Shown here: positions 1 through 12,751 of the stretch, one piece after another
Layout: every line of letters begins with the position of its first letter
Position numbering within the stretch: the first letter of the stretch is position 1
Source: Trichosphaerium sp. ATCC 40318
Taxonomy: Eukaryota > Protista > Tubulinea
Assembly: GCA_038496445.1 (NCBI GenBank)
Contig: JALMLS010000072.1
Location: 62,001 to 126,000 of the forward strand
Length of the DNA: 64,000 bases
Direction: 5' to 3'
Notes under the pieces: generated by a model
Seen by the model: only the letters and a program-made list of their open reading frames with translations
The model's database searches: none
Told to the model about the DNA's origin: nothing
Position numbers and translations under genes: made by a program

Positions 1-3000
1 GTTCTCTAAAGTTTGTTGAAGCAATTTTAAAACTGGTGTCCTGGAGGATCAACAATTAGTATCATGATATTGGAAGGAGGCCGCTCACTTCAGTTGTGCC
101 ATGGAAACCAGCGATGAGGTTGATTTGCTCATTACCAGAAACACGCATCACATAGTTCTTCAAATAATTCATTGTTCTTTCTTGAGCTTCAAGAGTTTCC
201 TTATCAACAGAATCTGTCTGTTTGGAACCTTACAGAATGTAAATACGGAGAAGAGATAAGCGTGGGTGTTGATATTATTTACCTGAGGTTTTAGATTGAA
301 GCACGTTTTTTACAAGGACCTCATGTTGTTTTTTAAACTTATCTTCGAGCGCTGGATTATCAAAGAAAACAATCTTTTCCAATTCAAAGAACGACTCGCT
401 GTCTGTACCCATGAACTTTGAGAACATAACACGAGCTCTCAAGTACTCGTCATGACGTTCCTAATGCGATTTATCAACAAGAGAAGAACCAAAAATAGTT
501 AACTATTGTAAAATACCTTATTTGTTTCGTCACTGTGAAGAGTTGTCCATCTCAACCCTGGATATTTTGCTTTATTTTGTTTCCAATCTCCTTGTTTGAG
601 GAACGCTTGTCCATGAATGCTACTCCAAAAGTTCACACGGCTATTGTCAAGAGCAGGGAATCCTTCTTTTAAATGAGTAGGGGTAACAGAGTGTCCTAAA
701 GTCATTGCTTGAGTAAAAGATTTGCTGATATGATTCAGCTGAAGAATAGCGCTTACCTGTTAGCTTACATACGTATGAAGGCTTTGATACAACAAAAAAC
801 CCCCGCTTTGTATCTTAACTGGACATAGTTGAACCTGTTTAGCATCCAAAGGCTCCAAGTACTCATGAAGACATTCCTGTAGAAAAAGTAAATATTTTGC
901 TAAGATTCGCGTTTAAGTACCGTCCACAGATGTGGTGCTATGCCTCGTATAACAACATTTATCGCTCGGTTGTTAAAATACAAAACAATTGTATTACCAT
1001 AGAAATCAGTTAATACGATCAAATTGGAGAAGAGCCGGAACTCTTTGTTTTGGAATTCTGCAAAATGTAAGAATTATTGATTGATGGTTTTGAGGTACAC
1101 GTACTTCTTAGTCTTCTCTGCAAGTCGTTGAATACGTCTTCCGAGATATCAAGTACTCTTAGCTCATACGCTAAGAACTTTGGGATAGCTTTCACAAGCT
1201 CATATGTAGGAGGGAGTGACTATCAGATAACATTAGATTTTTTTTTAATAAAAATCACTGAACAGGTGCTAGCTATCACTGACGTACAATTTTTTTATCT
1301 TCATTCTCTTTAGTGATTGTATGGACTACTTGGCCTGATATTTCATCGTCTTTTGTTGGCGTATAACATAACATCTTCCACTTTGATGATTTTTTTGATA
1401 AACGAAATACTTGGGGTAACTCAGACTGTTTGTTGTTTGTTGTCTGGACTAAAGTGATACTGTGATCCTGTTTTGTCAAAGGCGGGAAGTATAGCATATC
1501 AGCTTTAGGTAATAGAGATATAATAATATAACCATCAGCACCATAAACTATCTAAACAGATTGTGAATTCACTTGTGTTTTTTTGTGACAAAAATCATGA
1601 AATATGCTAAGTCAACTTACCTTTTCTTCTTTTGTCAAGCGAATACAGAATGACATTTGAACCAAGAAGCTCATTACTTGTTTCACTTGATATTTATCAC
1701 ATGTTGGAAATAGTGTAGAGATACGATAGTACACCTCAGATTCAGTTAATACAGCGCAAGTATTCCTGCTCTTGTTTTTTAGCAGTCTATCAAGATGCTC
1801 TGTAGGAGCTATGAAGGCGCTCATTATACGAGATAGAATAGGTGGGTGCAAACAAATCATGTATGTAGACTACAATAAAGGAATTAAAGTCAGAATTAGA
1901 AGAAAATGATTTCAGAATATGCTAAACCGAAGACGTTCGGAAAAGCCAAGCTCAAAAAAAATACCTCGTCAAACATTATGCTGCCAATAGAATGAAGGTA
2001 GTTTAATGCAGCAACCAGCTCTATTGGAGCCATTTTACATTTTGCAGGTAGCATTTGTACAACTTTTGGACTGCAACAAAAGGTCAGATGACTTCAAAAA
2101 GTCTTTTTTTCGGTTAAAAATACATACATTGGGATGATGTTTCCTTGAAGTTCTTCCTTTTTCACAACTGCCTTCTCAAGAGCGTTTTTTATATTGATGT
2201 ACAGAGTAGGTACTTTTGGATATTGAGCCTTTAAGTACTTTGCTTGCCGCTCCAATATTTTTACAAGACCAGGAATGCCTAATAAGAAACATTAATCAAG
2301 GAGGGAAAAAACAGCAAAGTCAAAGGTTACCTTCTAGACAAAAGGTACAGTAAATTGATGATTCTATAGACTTCAGTTCTGCTTCAGCTATCTTCAAATC
2401 TCCCGCAAAAATATCCAGCTTGGAACCGAACACAAGCACCGAATAAAACTTTGGATCTTGGTCTTGTAGAATCTTATTTAGTGTTTGATACCAATGTTTC
2501 AAATGCTCCTTTTGCTCTGTAACGGATAGCGATAAGTCAACCTGTAAAAATGAGGTTAAGAAAACAAGAAGACATATGAACTAAAGCTTACAACAATGAT
2601 ATATATGGCTAGCTGCTTTGCGAAGAAATACTTGTGTAGCCCTTTGTACTCCATTTGTCCTGCAAAATCCAAAACTGTGAATGACACACCACGGAACCTA
2701 TACTATGGTTATAACTAAACCGACAACCCATCCCAAAAAATACGCACGAAAGAGAAGAGGTATTAAAACCGATAGTTGAATCAGCAGTTATATCTTTTTC
2801 ACGTGTCAATGCTCTAACCAAAGTAGTCTTTCCTAGAATTGGGTGATAAGATTTAGACAAGAAGAAAATCTTGCAGCTAGTTTTTTACCTGATCCTCCAT
2901 GGCCCACAACCAATAATTTAGCTCCTAATTCTTCTACAAACTCATATTCTGCGTGATTTGCTCCTTGGAAAATAGGCGGTTGTGTACGGATGTAGACACC

Positions 3001-4329
3001 CCAATAGATTTTTTCAAATTGGTCTATGGATAGTTTATCCATATTAATGGGTATCACACGTGCACCTGGGAACTTACGTGCTGACATCGTTACTAAGTGA
3101 TATAATTAGATGAAACAGCATAGCCAGAATTGAGACTTAGAGTAGTTGCGTACCTTCATGTAGTGATACCTCAGGTCTACAAAAATCATACACAAATACA
3201 TAATCACGTTCACTCTTTTGTACTTCTTCTGCTGTACCAAGAAAGGTGAACAGACTTTCATATATTGCTTTAGAATATACTTCGAAAATCACAGGTCCTT
3301 TGCATTTTATCCTCTTTTCTCCAGGTTCAGTCATACCACTAGCAGCAAATAGTTGTTGAAGATCAAGGAATTGTGCATTCTGAAAGCTCTTATTGAGCTT
3401 CTGATAGTGTTTAATATCCTCACAATACACGCCAACATCCTTGATTATATCAGGTTTAACAGTACCAGCGAAGTTATGTATAGCAGGTATTTTATCCATA
3501 TTATCAACAAAGAATCCTTGGTTAGGCTTTCCAGCAATACACTTATCATCATCGCCTTTACCTCTTTTACCAGCAACATATTTACCAATAAACTTTGTAC
3601 CATCTGGATAATAATACTCTGCATCATCACCATGAAACTTATCATCTAAAAACCCTCCTTTGTATTTAGTACCATCTGGAAAATAAAACTCTCCACTTCC
3701 TTCAAGTATATTGTCTTTAAAATCGCCAACATACCTTGAACCTTCTGCATAATAAAAAACGCCTTTACCTGTTCTCTGTCCGTCCACAAAGTCGCCAATA
3801 TATTTTGAACCATCCTTCAAAGTTAGCTCTCCTTTGCCTGTTCTTTTACCATCTACATAGCTACCAACATACTTGCTACCATCTGCAAAAAAATACTCAC
3901 CAGTACCATGAAACTCACCATCAGTAAACTCACCACAATATATTCCTCCATTTGGAGAAGTTTCCTCTCCAGTGCCATTGGATTTGTTATTCACAAATTC
4001 GCCTTTGTATACTCTACCATCTGCCCAAGTGTATACTCCAAATCCATGAAACTGAGAATTCAAAAAGCTCCCTTCGTATCTAGCACCAGACGGATAAATT
4101 AGCGTTCCTTTTCCATTTTTTAAACCATTTCTTGGTCCTTTGAATACGCTACCGTTTGGTAGTTGTATATCAGCTAAGAGTGGTAAGACAGTGTACGTAT
4201 AGGTATCACAAGTTATATCCAATTAAGGGCGAGTACAACAAAAAACCAAAACCGAGAATGTTGTGTCAGCAACTTACTGTCATTGGAATCTATTTCGTTT
4301 CCGCTATCATCTTTCTTTGGTTCTGCCAT
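1..4329 (-). CDS. Multi-exon Roco-family protein: MORN repeats - Roc GTPase - COR - PARP-like ADP-ribosyltransferase domain (3' end runs off the window)
   Basis: First exon MAEPKKDDSGNEIDSND (ATG at 4329) splices to MORN repeats (YxGxFxxGxxxGxGxxxxxDG) at about 3560-4170. Roc motifs: KLLVVGHGGSGKTTL, STIG, LDFAGQMEY, VFGSKLD. COR-like motifs: ALNYLHSIGSI, FLVQMSFC. Last exons read FELEKIVFFDNPALEDKF...NLIAGFHGTTEDTSFKIASTNF. Confidence 0.85.
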
Positions 4330-5575
4330 AATTTCGGTACTATAACAAGTGGTTTTAGTCGTTTTCTACGTTAACAACTGAAAATCAATCATATTCGCGC
4401 TCGTTAGCTAACGAAAAGGAAATTTTTAGCGAATTAATTACTGTTATGCTAAAACTCGCTTTTATCGGGGCTGGTAGAGAAAATAAAACCTATCAGTGAA
4501 ACTACGGACTATTACGGCCTTATCTCTCTCTTTGAGTACCTGTCAATCCAAAAACGGCCAAAATATGTTCAATACAGTTGTACGATTAGAGATAATGGTT
4601 GTGCTTCTTGAACTGCTCAATGTACTAGCGTAGTAGTTTACTAAAGGTAGTAAGTTGCGAAAACTGCTTAAGGCACTACAAAATCTTGATGTGTCATCAC
4701 AGGCGAAAAAAAAGTCAGAAACAGACTATCAATTTATCACTCACTGACTGTACAAGCCTATTGTCGACTGTTTATCAATAGGCTGGTCATTGTTCAGATC
4801 GAATGGTTAGAATCTTTAAAAACTACCGTGTTTAACAATCACGTTTTCAAGCGACAAACACATGATACATGTTTGATCTTGATTGATTCTTTATTGATAT
4901 TATATTTCAGATCGACGAACAACAGAGAAGCATGACTTTCGTCTTATTTTAATGTGACCTTTGTGAGTATAGATTGAGTGGTAGTTTTTTTTTTTGGAAG
5001 GAGAAAAACGTACAACTATAGTGACGTCGCTACACCGGTAGGACAAAGATCTCAGGTGCTGCCCATGACGCCACAGTAATGAGATTTTTTCAATATACTG
5101 AACTAGAGGACCACTCTAAATGATACGACCAGATCATAACACCGTGATCACCGGTAGAGTAAGCGCTTTTGAAGTTGACTTGCTAAAAAGTCACCTTTGC
5201 CTGACTGGAAGAAACAAAATTGCCTACTCAGTTACTTGAACAAACCTACGAACGAACATAAGGTCCAAGCATGAGGTTTTAGAAATCACTTTTGTTGTCT
5301 TGCCAGCTGTAACCTTCAGAGAAGCAGAGACTCAAATATTTGAGAAGCAGCTCTTTTTAAGCACAAAAATACAAAAAAAACAGTCTTTAGTTATTATCAG
5401 ATGTAATCACTTACAAGAATTCAAAACGATTAGCTGAACTACTTAAAAAAGGAAATTGAAACTTTGGCACAAGCCAAAACAAAGTGATTCTTGTATTTTT
5501 CTCAAGATTTGATAGAAATCCGTTCATGAATGTTGTATGGAACTAAGTCTGTCAAAAAACAAAACCAGACTATCA

Positions 5576-8500
5576 ATGAGTGAGAAGAACCCTAACGAGG
5601 AATTATTGAAGAGCTGCGGCTTTTCAGGCCAGTGGCTTGTTGATACGCTTGGTAATAAGAAGTTTATGCCAAAACTACTGGAAGTCATCAAAGCAGTGCG
5701 TAATCTACATTAGAATCGCGAGTTATAGATACTAATACACATTAGGCCGGAGTAGAAACATGTTCCCCAACAGTCGGCTCATTACTTGAGCTAGTAGCCC
5801 GTAAATACCCTAAAAACGCAATGGATAACCGCAAACACTTTATTAAGGTATTTGGCGTTCTTGTGCTCTGATTTTAATTTTAACGCTTTCAAGGCTATCC
5901 TTGATGGTAAAATTACCAAGGGACCGCGTTTTGATGCCGGTATCGCATTTTTAAAAAAATTGGGCAATAAGAAGTTCGAACAAGATAAATTCGAGACTGC
6001 TGCTGGCGTTGGTGCGTTTTACAACGCGCACAAGCCATATCTTTATTAAACTTATAAATTAGGCGTCGAAGTAACTGAAGAAGCTATTGTCGCTGGAGTA
6101 AAGAAGGTTCGTGGTAATACGCAAGATTAGTGTAACTAAACAAAAACGTGGTTAGATTCTTGATGGCTTTGGTGACGCTTTGCTCAAACAACGCTATAAG
6201 ATGTTTGGTAGAGCTATGGGTAGTTGTGTACGATTTTTTGCGCTGTCTAGACGTTGTTTTGCTAGTTTTGTTTCTAAAGCTGTCTCTACTAGTTGAAAGA
6301 CAGCGTTCTCAAGTTCGGAGACAGAGGCATTGTAAAAAAGACATTGGATAGCGAACTACTTGCTCGCTTGGGACCTAGAAGCGACGTAGACTCAAAAAAA
6401 CCAAAAACAGCAAAGAAGGCTTTAGAATTCCCAGATCCAAAAGAGAACAAACAGTTAACTCCAGAAATACTGGCAGCACATTTAAAAGCAACAGGTGGTA
6501 AAGTAGTGACTAGATTCCCTCCAGAACCAAATGTGCGTAAGAGAGTCTTGCCTTGCTATACCTCCACTGTGTTTTGAGCGAGTTTCTTGCGTTTAGGCTG
6601 AAATTGTTTTTTTGTTACATTTTTTCTTTGTTTGAAAGCCTACTAACTGTTTTCTAAGGGTTATTGTCATATTGGTCACGCGAAAGCAATCAACTTGAGT
6701 TTCAGCTACGCGAAACGTAAAGGCGGTATTTGCTACTTGCGGTTTGATGATACAAATCCTGAAGTTGAAGAGCAGGAATACATTGATGCTATTAAAGAGG
6801 TATGCAGCACAACAATTATTTTTTGTTGTATTTTTATTACTTGTTCGCAAGCCGTCTAACGTGTTTTCTAGTGTGTCAGATGGTTGGGATGGTCTTGGCA
6901 TAACAACAAAGAGACTTACGCGTCTGATCACTTTGATGAATTGTTCGAAAGCGCTAAGGAGTTAATAAAGCTCGGTACGTAACTGTTATGCGGTTATAAG
7001 CTCTTTTGGCATACTTAAGGATAAATTTAGGCAAAGCTTACGTATGCTTGTTGCCTGCAGAAGAGTTTAAAGCACTTCACTTCCGCAAACCAGTCAGTAC
7101 GTGCTTTTTTCTTGAATAAATCTCTTGTTTCGTTATGTATGCGCTTTAAAGCTTATGTATTATTAAGAGGAGATTGGAGAGTCACCATACCGTAACGCAT
7201 CTGTTGAAATGAACTTGAAGAGATTCGATGATATGAGAAAAGGTAAATTTGATGAAGGAGAAGCTTGTCTTCGTTTGAAAATGAATATGCAGTCCGAGAA
7301 CCCAAATCTAAGAGATTTGGTCGCTTATCGCGTAAAATACGCTGATCATCCACGTACTGGAGACAAGTGGTGCGTCTAAAACTCATTATCTAGTTACTAG
7401 TAAATTGCGCTTTTTTTCCCTTTTTTTTCTCATGGCGTGTTTGCGTAAAATTATGCCAAGTGACCGCCACTGTAGTCCAGTGAACAAAGTTTTGTTTAAA
7501 CACATGAATGTGGTCATTTGACAGTACATACAGATCATGAGATCTGGTGCTTTTGTAGTTTTTTTTTTGTGCTTTCAAACGAAATGTTCTTTTTTTGCGT
7601 TTTACCGGTTTTTGTGGCTTAAGTTTTGTTTTATTAGGTGTATCTACCCAACCTATGATTATACCCATTGCATGTGTGACAGTTATGAGAATATTACACA
7701 TTCCTTGTGTACTTTGGAATTCGAGGTACCTCATCAAAACTTTCAAAAAAAAAAAGGGAATCTCATTTACAAAACAAAGAAATTGATATACTGATGTTGT
7801 TTGTAGTCTCGTCATGCATCTTATGATTGGGTTGTCAATGCATTAAAGAGATACAGATCATTTGTATGGGAATACGGTAGATTGGCTTTGACTCATACCA
7901 TGACATCTAAAAGAAAATTGAGAAAACTCATTATGGGCAAATTCGTAAACGGTTGGGATGATCCGCGATTACCAACTTGTACGTTTGTCGATGAGGATAT
8001 TTACAATTTATGTTATTTTGTGCTTTACTTATACGTTGATGTTAGTGTTCGGTATGAGAAGACTTGGATATCCACCAGAGGCTATCAACAATTTTTGCGC
8101 TGAAGTTGGTGTTGCTTCTAGAACAGGTGTCTGTTTTGATATCGAGCATCTCGAACAGTTTGTTAGAAAGCACCTTGAAATCCATGCTTTCCGTAAGTTC
8201 GCTGTAATGGATCCTATCAAGTTGGTCATTACAAACTGGGACGGTACGTACTTCGTGTTTGGTTACAAGAAAACTTTTGTTCGTTTTTTTTGAAGATTTT
8301 CTGATGATTGATTTTTAGGAGGCGTTATTGAAGTTGAAGCTCCAAATGCTCCTGATAAGAAGAAGGGCATGCGTAAGATGCCATTCTCCAAAACTATTTA
8401 CATAGAAAGAAGCGACTTTAGAAAAGTTGATGACCCAGTACGACTTTCAAAAAAACAAACTTTCACTGCCCACCACGTGATGGCTTTTTTGCTTTTTTTC

Positions 8501-9314
8501 GTTTTTCTATTTACGTTATTATCGCTTTATTAATATACAATCTAATTCTTATGTCAAGGACTTTTATGGACTTGCATTGGAGACAACTGAAGGAAAGAAA
8601 AAACTTGTTAGACTCCTGTTCGCAAACAAAGTTATCTATCTCACCAAGCTTATCACAGATGGTTGTACGTATAATTTCTTTATTATGTTCAAGAATCAAC
8701 CATTGTATTGAACGTATAATTCAATTTCTATGAATGAACCAACAGTGTTCAATGAGCATGATGTGTTTGTTTTCCGGAAAAATATCGTTTTTTCTTTCAC
8801 GAATCAAATTATTAATCTCTTTTAGCTGGTAATACTGTTTCTCTCGAAGCAGAGATTCTTAACACACGTCGTGATAAGGGAACTGTCATTAAGGGCAATA
8901 TTCATTGGGTTGCTGAGCCTGCACCTGGACAGGTAAATAACAAAAAAAACTTCAATATCTTATTCAAAGTATTTATTCTTTCATGTTTAGGAGCCACTTA
9001 AGGCAGAGTTACGCCTCTTTGGTCGCCTCTTTACCGTTGAGAAACCAACTGATAATTGGCTAGAAGAGTTTAACAAAGATTCTTTGGAGGTTGTCACCGC
9101 TTATGTTGAACCTTCGACAGTTGGTACGATACAGTTTTTTTTATGTTTTTTTGGAAAAAATTCCTTACACTTTGTTGTAGATGTCAAGCACCTCGAAAAG
9201 GTCCAGTTTGAAAGAAAAGGATACTACTGTTGTGATCCAGACTCTACACCAGAAAAGCTTGTGTTTAATCGTACTGTGACACTCAAATCAAAATGGAAGC
9301 CAAAAAAGAATTAA
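5576..9314 (+). CDS. QARS1: Glutaminyl-tRNA synthetase (eukaryotic type, multi-exon)
   Basis: Motifs [18 protein letters not shown] (HIGH), [51 protein letters not shown] and [14 protein letters not shown]...[10 protein letters not shown], joined by GT-AG introns. Confidence 0.95.
7427..7546 (+). ncRNA. Candidate structured intronic RNA element (H/ACA-like or regulatory) in a long GlnRS intron
   Basis: The intron at 7370-7637 is unusually long. CAAGTGACCGC (7457-7467) pairs with GTGGTCATTTG (7510-7520) and is followed directly by ACA. Internal hairpin CACTG-tagtc-CAGTG; outer TCTCATG/CATGAGA pairing. Confidence 0.3.
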
Positions 9315-9721
9315 AAGGGAAAACAAACAAAACTAAATAAACAATATTTCTTCTGACTGACTGAGACTTGAGATTAAGAAAAAATGTACTAAAACCAAAA
9401 TACACTTCTACGATGGCATGTAGCCTATATGCTCAGCCAAAAACGATTGCACCACCTTGCTAATCTCCCACAAACAAAATTCCTTTACTGTATTGACAGC
9501 TTTGATGTTTATTGGCTTCCTAATGGTCATTAAAGACCTAAAAAATCCATTGTCTTGTAATAAGCAAACTCATTCAGGCTCTAACAATATCATCCAGTAT
9601 ACTTGAACCGTTTCTTAAACAACCAAAACATATGCACCCTTGTTCGCACGTGGTTGTTCAAACAAGAAGGCAAATAACAATAACAAGTGGTTGTTTATCT
9701 ACACAATTCGTTACTGTTCTC

Positions 9722-10489
9722 TCAGCAGTAGTCGTGTTCAAACCATAAGACACCAGCTATAAAACCGAATCTGTTGTAGCCAAGAACGAACTTGATGTAA
9801 CAACGACAGCTCATAACATCAGCTACAAGATATGTATCCTTTACGCTGACATCATCCAGATTGCCTGAACAATAGCTCAATGTCTTTGGATCGAGGGGTG
9901 TAACCTTCTTGATAAAGTTCTTTTCTTTCATGCCGATAAGATTTAACAAGTGTTGCCCGGATGGAGGATGCTCTTTACTTTGTTCTGATCTCTTGTGGTT
10001 GCTGGTATGTAAAAAGCCAACAACTTCGTATTCAAGGCTATAACCATTGCCGAAAGAGAGTCCTTCTGTGTGTTCAAAGGATAGGTATTCTTTCAAAGAT
10101 AATAGAGTGAAAAGCCTCTTTTTACAATCTCCAGTATCACTTGAGCATGTTGTGGGGTCCAGAAGAAGAGATGTTTCCTTTGGCACTAAAACTCTAAACA
10201 ACTTTTGGTCACGTGATTCCAATCGAACCAAGTTATGTTCAAAGTTACTCTCGTAACTAGTGTGGTGTGATATCTTCTTTTTAATCTCAATTTGCCATAA
10301 TTGTATGTAATACGCTATCGTTGCTTGTGTAATGCTTTTAGAGATTGTATTTGACCGAAATGTAAGTGATACAGCCAAGCAAGCGGTAAGTGCTTCCAGG
10401 TCAGTTAATAAGACCTTTTTAAGTATCTCTTGTATAATCTCTGATGGTATTGATCCAAATGAATCAGCTACAGCCTCTTCTTTAGACAT
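9722..10489 (-). CDS. Intronless protein with N-terminal F-box-like motif; C-terminal domain unknown
   Basis: 255-aa ORF; FGSIPSEIIQEILKKV...LTACLAVSLTF fits the F-box consensus LPxEIxxxI...L..VSxxF. Confidence 0.65.
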   Translation of the reverse strand: MSKEEAVADSFGSIPSEIIQEILKKVLLTDLEALTACLAVSLTFRSNTISKSITQATIAYYIQLWQIEIKKKISHHTSYESNFEHNLVRLESRDQKLFRVLVPKETSLLLDPTTCSSDTGDCKKRLFTLLSLKEYLSFEHTEGLSFGNGYSLEYEVVGFLHTSNHKRSEQSKEHPPSGQHLLNLIGMKEKNFIKKVTPLDPKTLSYCSGNLDDVSVKDTYLVADVMSCRCYIKFVLGYNRFGFIAGVLWFEHDYC

Positions 10490-11435
10490 ACTAAATCATG
10501 TGACATCGGAAAAATAAATTTCGCCGTTTTTCCACGAAAAAACGAAGTATGTTCTATTGACAACAATTTTTTGCACTTATTCTGCGTAATAACTCTGAAA
10601 GGGAAATTTGGGAATTTATCCAGGAGAACCCCATTGACAACTATAAGTCTCTCCACACACGGTGTAGATTTAGTTCTCCTGTGTTGGAATAAAGTTTATA
10701 TGATGTCAAGTGTGAAGTTTGTTGGGAACAAGGGATATTACGGTGATGCACTAGTGTAGTATACTGCGCAAAGTACACCTTTCTGACAGTTCAGTCATAT
10801 TCATCTCCTTAAGCGTACTCATCATTGCTTTCTTTCAAGATATTAATGATGACTTATAAGCGCACATAACACAAAAAAAATAGCAAAGTGTTGATAAATC
10901 GTGTTTAGTTGGCGGTTGGCCTTGGCTATTACTTCATACGAGCTACTACTAAAACGAATTTGATAGTCAGGAATGGTAAAATGTGTTACACAGTTCAGTT
11001 CGATTGACTTCCAAGTATTGAAACAGATGCTGTTTTGAATTTTGGTTTAGGAAACTACAGTCTTTGATCTACATACTAACGCAGAAAGTTTAATAAAGTT
11101 TTATTGTACAGAGGTGTACTATGTCCAAATTGTTTATCCAACTGGCCATAAATGTGAACTAACAACTATATAGCCATTTAAATGCAAGGAAACATCGGTA
11201 CCAACATTGTAACCTGGGTTATCATCAAGAACGACGAGGAGTTTATTTTATTCAACAAAATCAAGTGAACACTAAATTCTTGGTTGTAGTATTTATTTAG
11301 ATGAAGAAAGAGAACAAAGAAACAAGCATTTTGATGATTCACTCTTTACCAAATTACCTCCAGGTTTGTTCTATTTAGTCGCTCTCTAATACTTGTTAGG
11401 ACACTTTGGCATATTATTTAACATACCACGTGGCG

Positions 11436-11624
11436 CTAGTAACATCTGTAGCCGTAGCATCCGTGGTTCGGACGGCAGATTGTTGGGCGAGGAGGACGAC
11501 ATGGGCGTGGTGGGCATATAGGCCTACATATCGATACATTTGGCCTGCATGGGTGTGGACAACAGACCATCGTAGGGCGAGGGCGTGGTTGATAACAAGG
11601 GCGATGACATCCATAGTAAGACAT
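11436..11624 (-). CDS. Small Cys/Pro/Arg/Tyr-rich orphan protein (62 aa)
   Basis: GC-rich island in AT-rich flanks; ATG preceded by a CAA-rich leader; repeated C-R-P motif; 11 Cys. Confidence 0.6.
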   Translation of the reverse strand: MSYYGCHRPCYQPRPRPTMVCCPHPCRPNVSICRPICPPRPCRPPRPTICRPNHGCYGYRCY

Positions 11625-12227
11625 GTTGCAAGATATTTGTGGTTTAAGTTGTATTGCTTTACGTTAGTTGTTGTTAGTTTTTATGTGTGCATGTGATTGG
11701 TTGTCATATCTCACAAACGTTTATATTGAGTACTACAAAAGGGTTTTTTAAACGGTAGTTATAATAAAAAGTGATTGAATTGAATGTCCATTTTTGAAAT
11801 AAAAACGTGATTAAAGCGATTTGTTGGTTTTTTATGTAGAATACACCATTTGGAATGCCAGAGTTACTTTTGAAGAAAAAAGATGTTTGTGAAACATGAC
11901 ATCTAGTTTTTTATCTGCCGCAATCGCTCAGAGAATATGGCTTGGTGCCACAACGATACAAGAGATAATTTGGACAAATCGCCATGTTCAATCTTTGAAA
12001 GAACACAGAATAAGAACCGTTATGGGTTTTCTCCTCATTCTTTACCAAATAGACAATATACAACTACTACACCCTACAAAACAGTATTGAAAATTGCGCT
12101 ATCGCGCTATATTGTCACTAATCGTTGAGGGCAGAAAACACAAAACTTGTGGCTTAACATCATGTTGAATTTTATGTTCATTTCTCATCATCCAAACAAA
12201 CAACAAACAACAACTCTCATAAAAATA

Positions 12228-12751
12228 ATGACTTCTATCTGTGTTGAAGACGCATGCGTTAAAGTTGAGTACGAAGTACCAGCAAACCTCGATGACAAAA
12301 CAACATACTGCTGTGCAGTTAAGTTCACCAACAAACTGCCTATCCCAATCACTGATTGCTTGGCTTACGTTGATGTTGACGAAGATTCTCCTTTCCACTC
12401 GGAAGTCATGACTTGCGGAGGTTCTGGTGATCTCGATAAGGTGACCCTTGACTTTGGTCACATCGCTGCTGGAAAGTACGTTTTATTAAACAAATAATCA
12501 ATCAACAAAAGTGGTCGTTTGGATCCACCAAGTTTTTCCGTTTGTCTTTTTATCCACAAATCGGATGTTCATAGTTATCTCATTGTATGTTTAGAACCAA
12601 GAAAAGAGGGTTCAAGTTCGCATTCCCTAAACTTGACAAAGAAATGCCAAAACAAAACTTCCATGGTATCTTCCAATTGGCTCCTAAATTCGAGGTTGAC
12701 TACTCCAAATGGGGCGGTGTTTCAAAGGAAGCTGATGTCACTGCCAAGTAA
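12228..12751 (+). CDS. Two-exon hypothetical protein of about 135 aa, probably beta-rich
   Basis: MTSICVEDACVKVEYEVP...FGHIAAGK, then a GTACGT...TTTAG intron, then TKKRGFKFAFPKLDKEMP...EADVTAK-stop; coding-like codon usage. Confidence 0.7.

Noticed and set aside
3353-4374. Several + strand and alternate-frame ORFs overlapping the MORN exon, and similar short ORFs throughout the track
   Set aside because: Shadow ORFs of real exons, or intron read-through with TTG/GTG starts.
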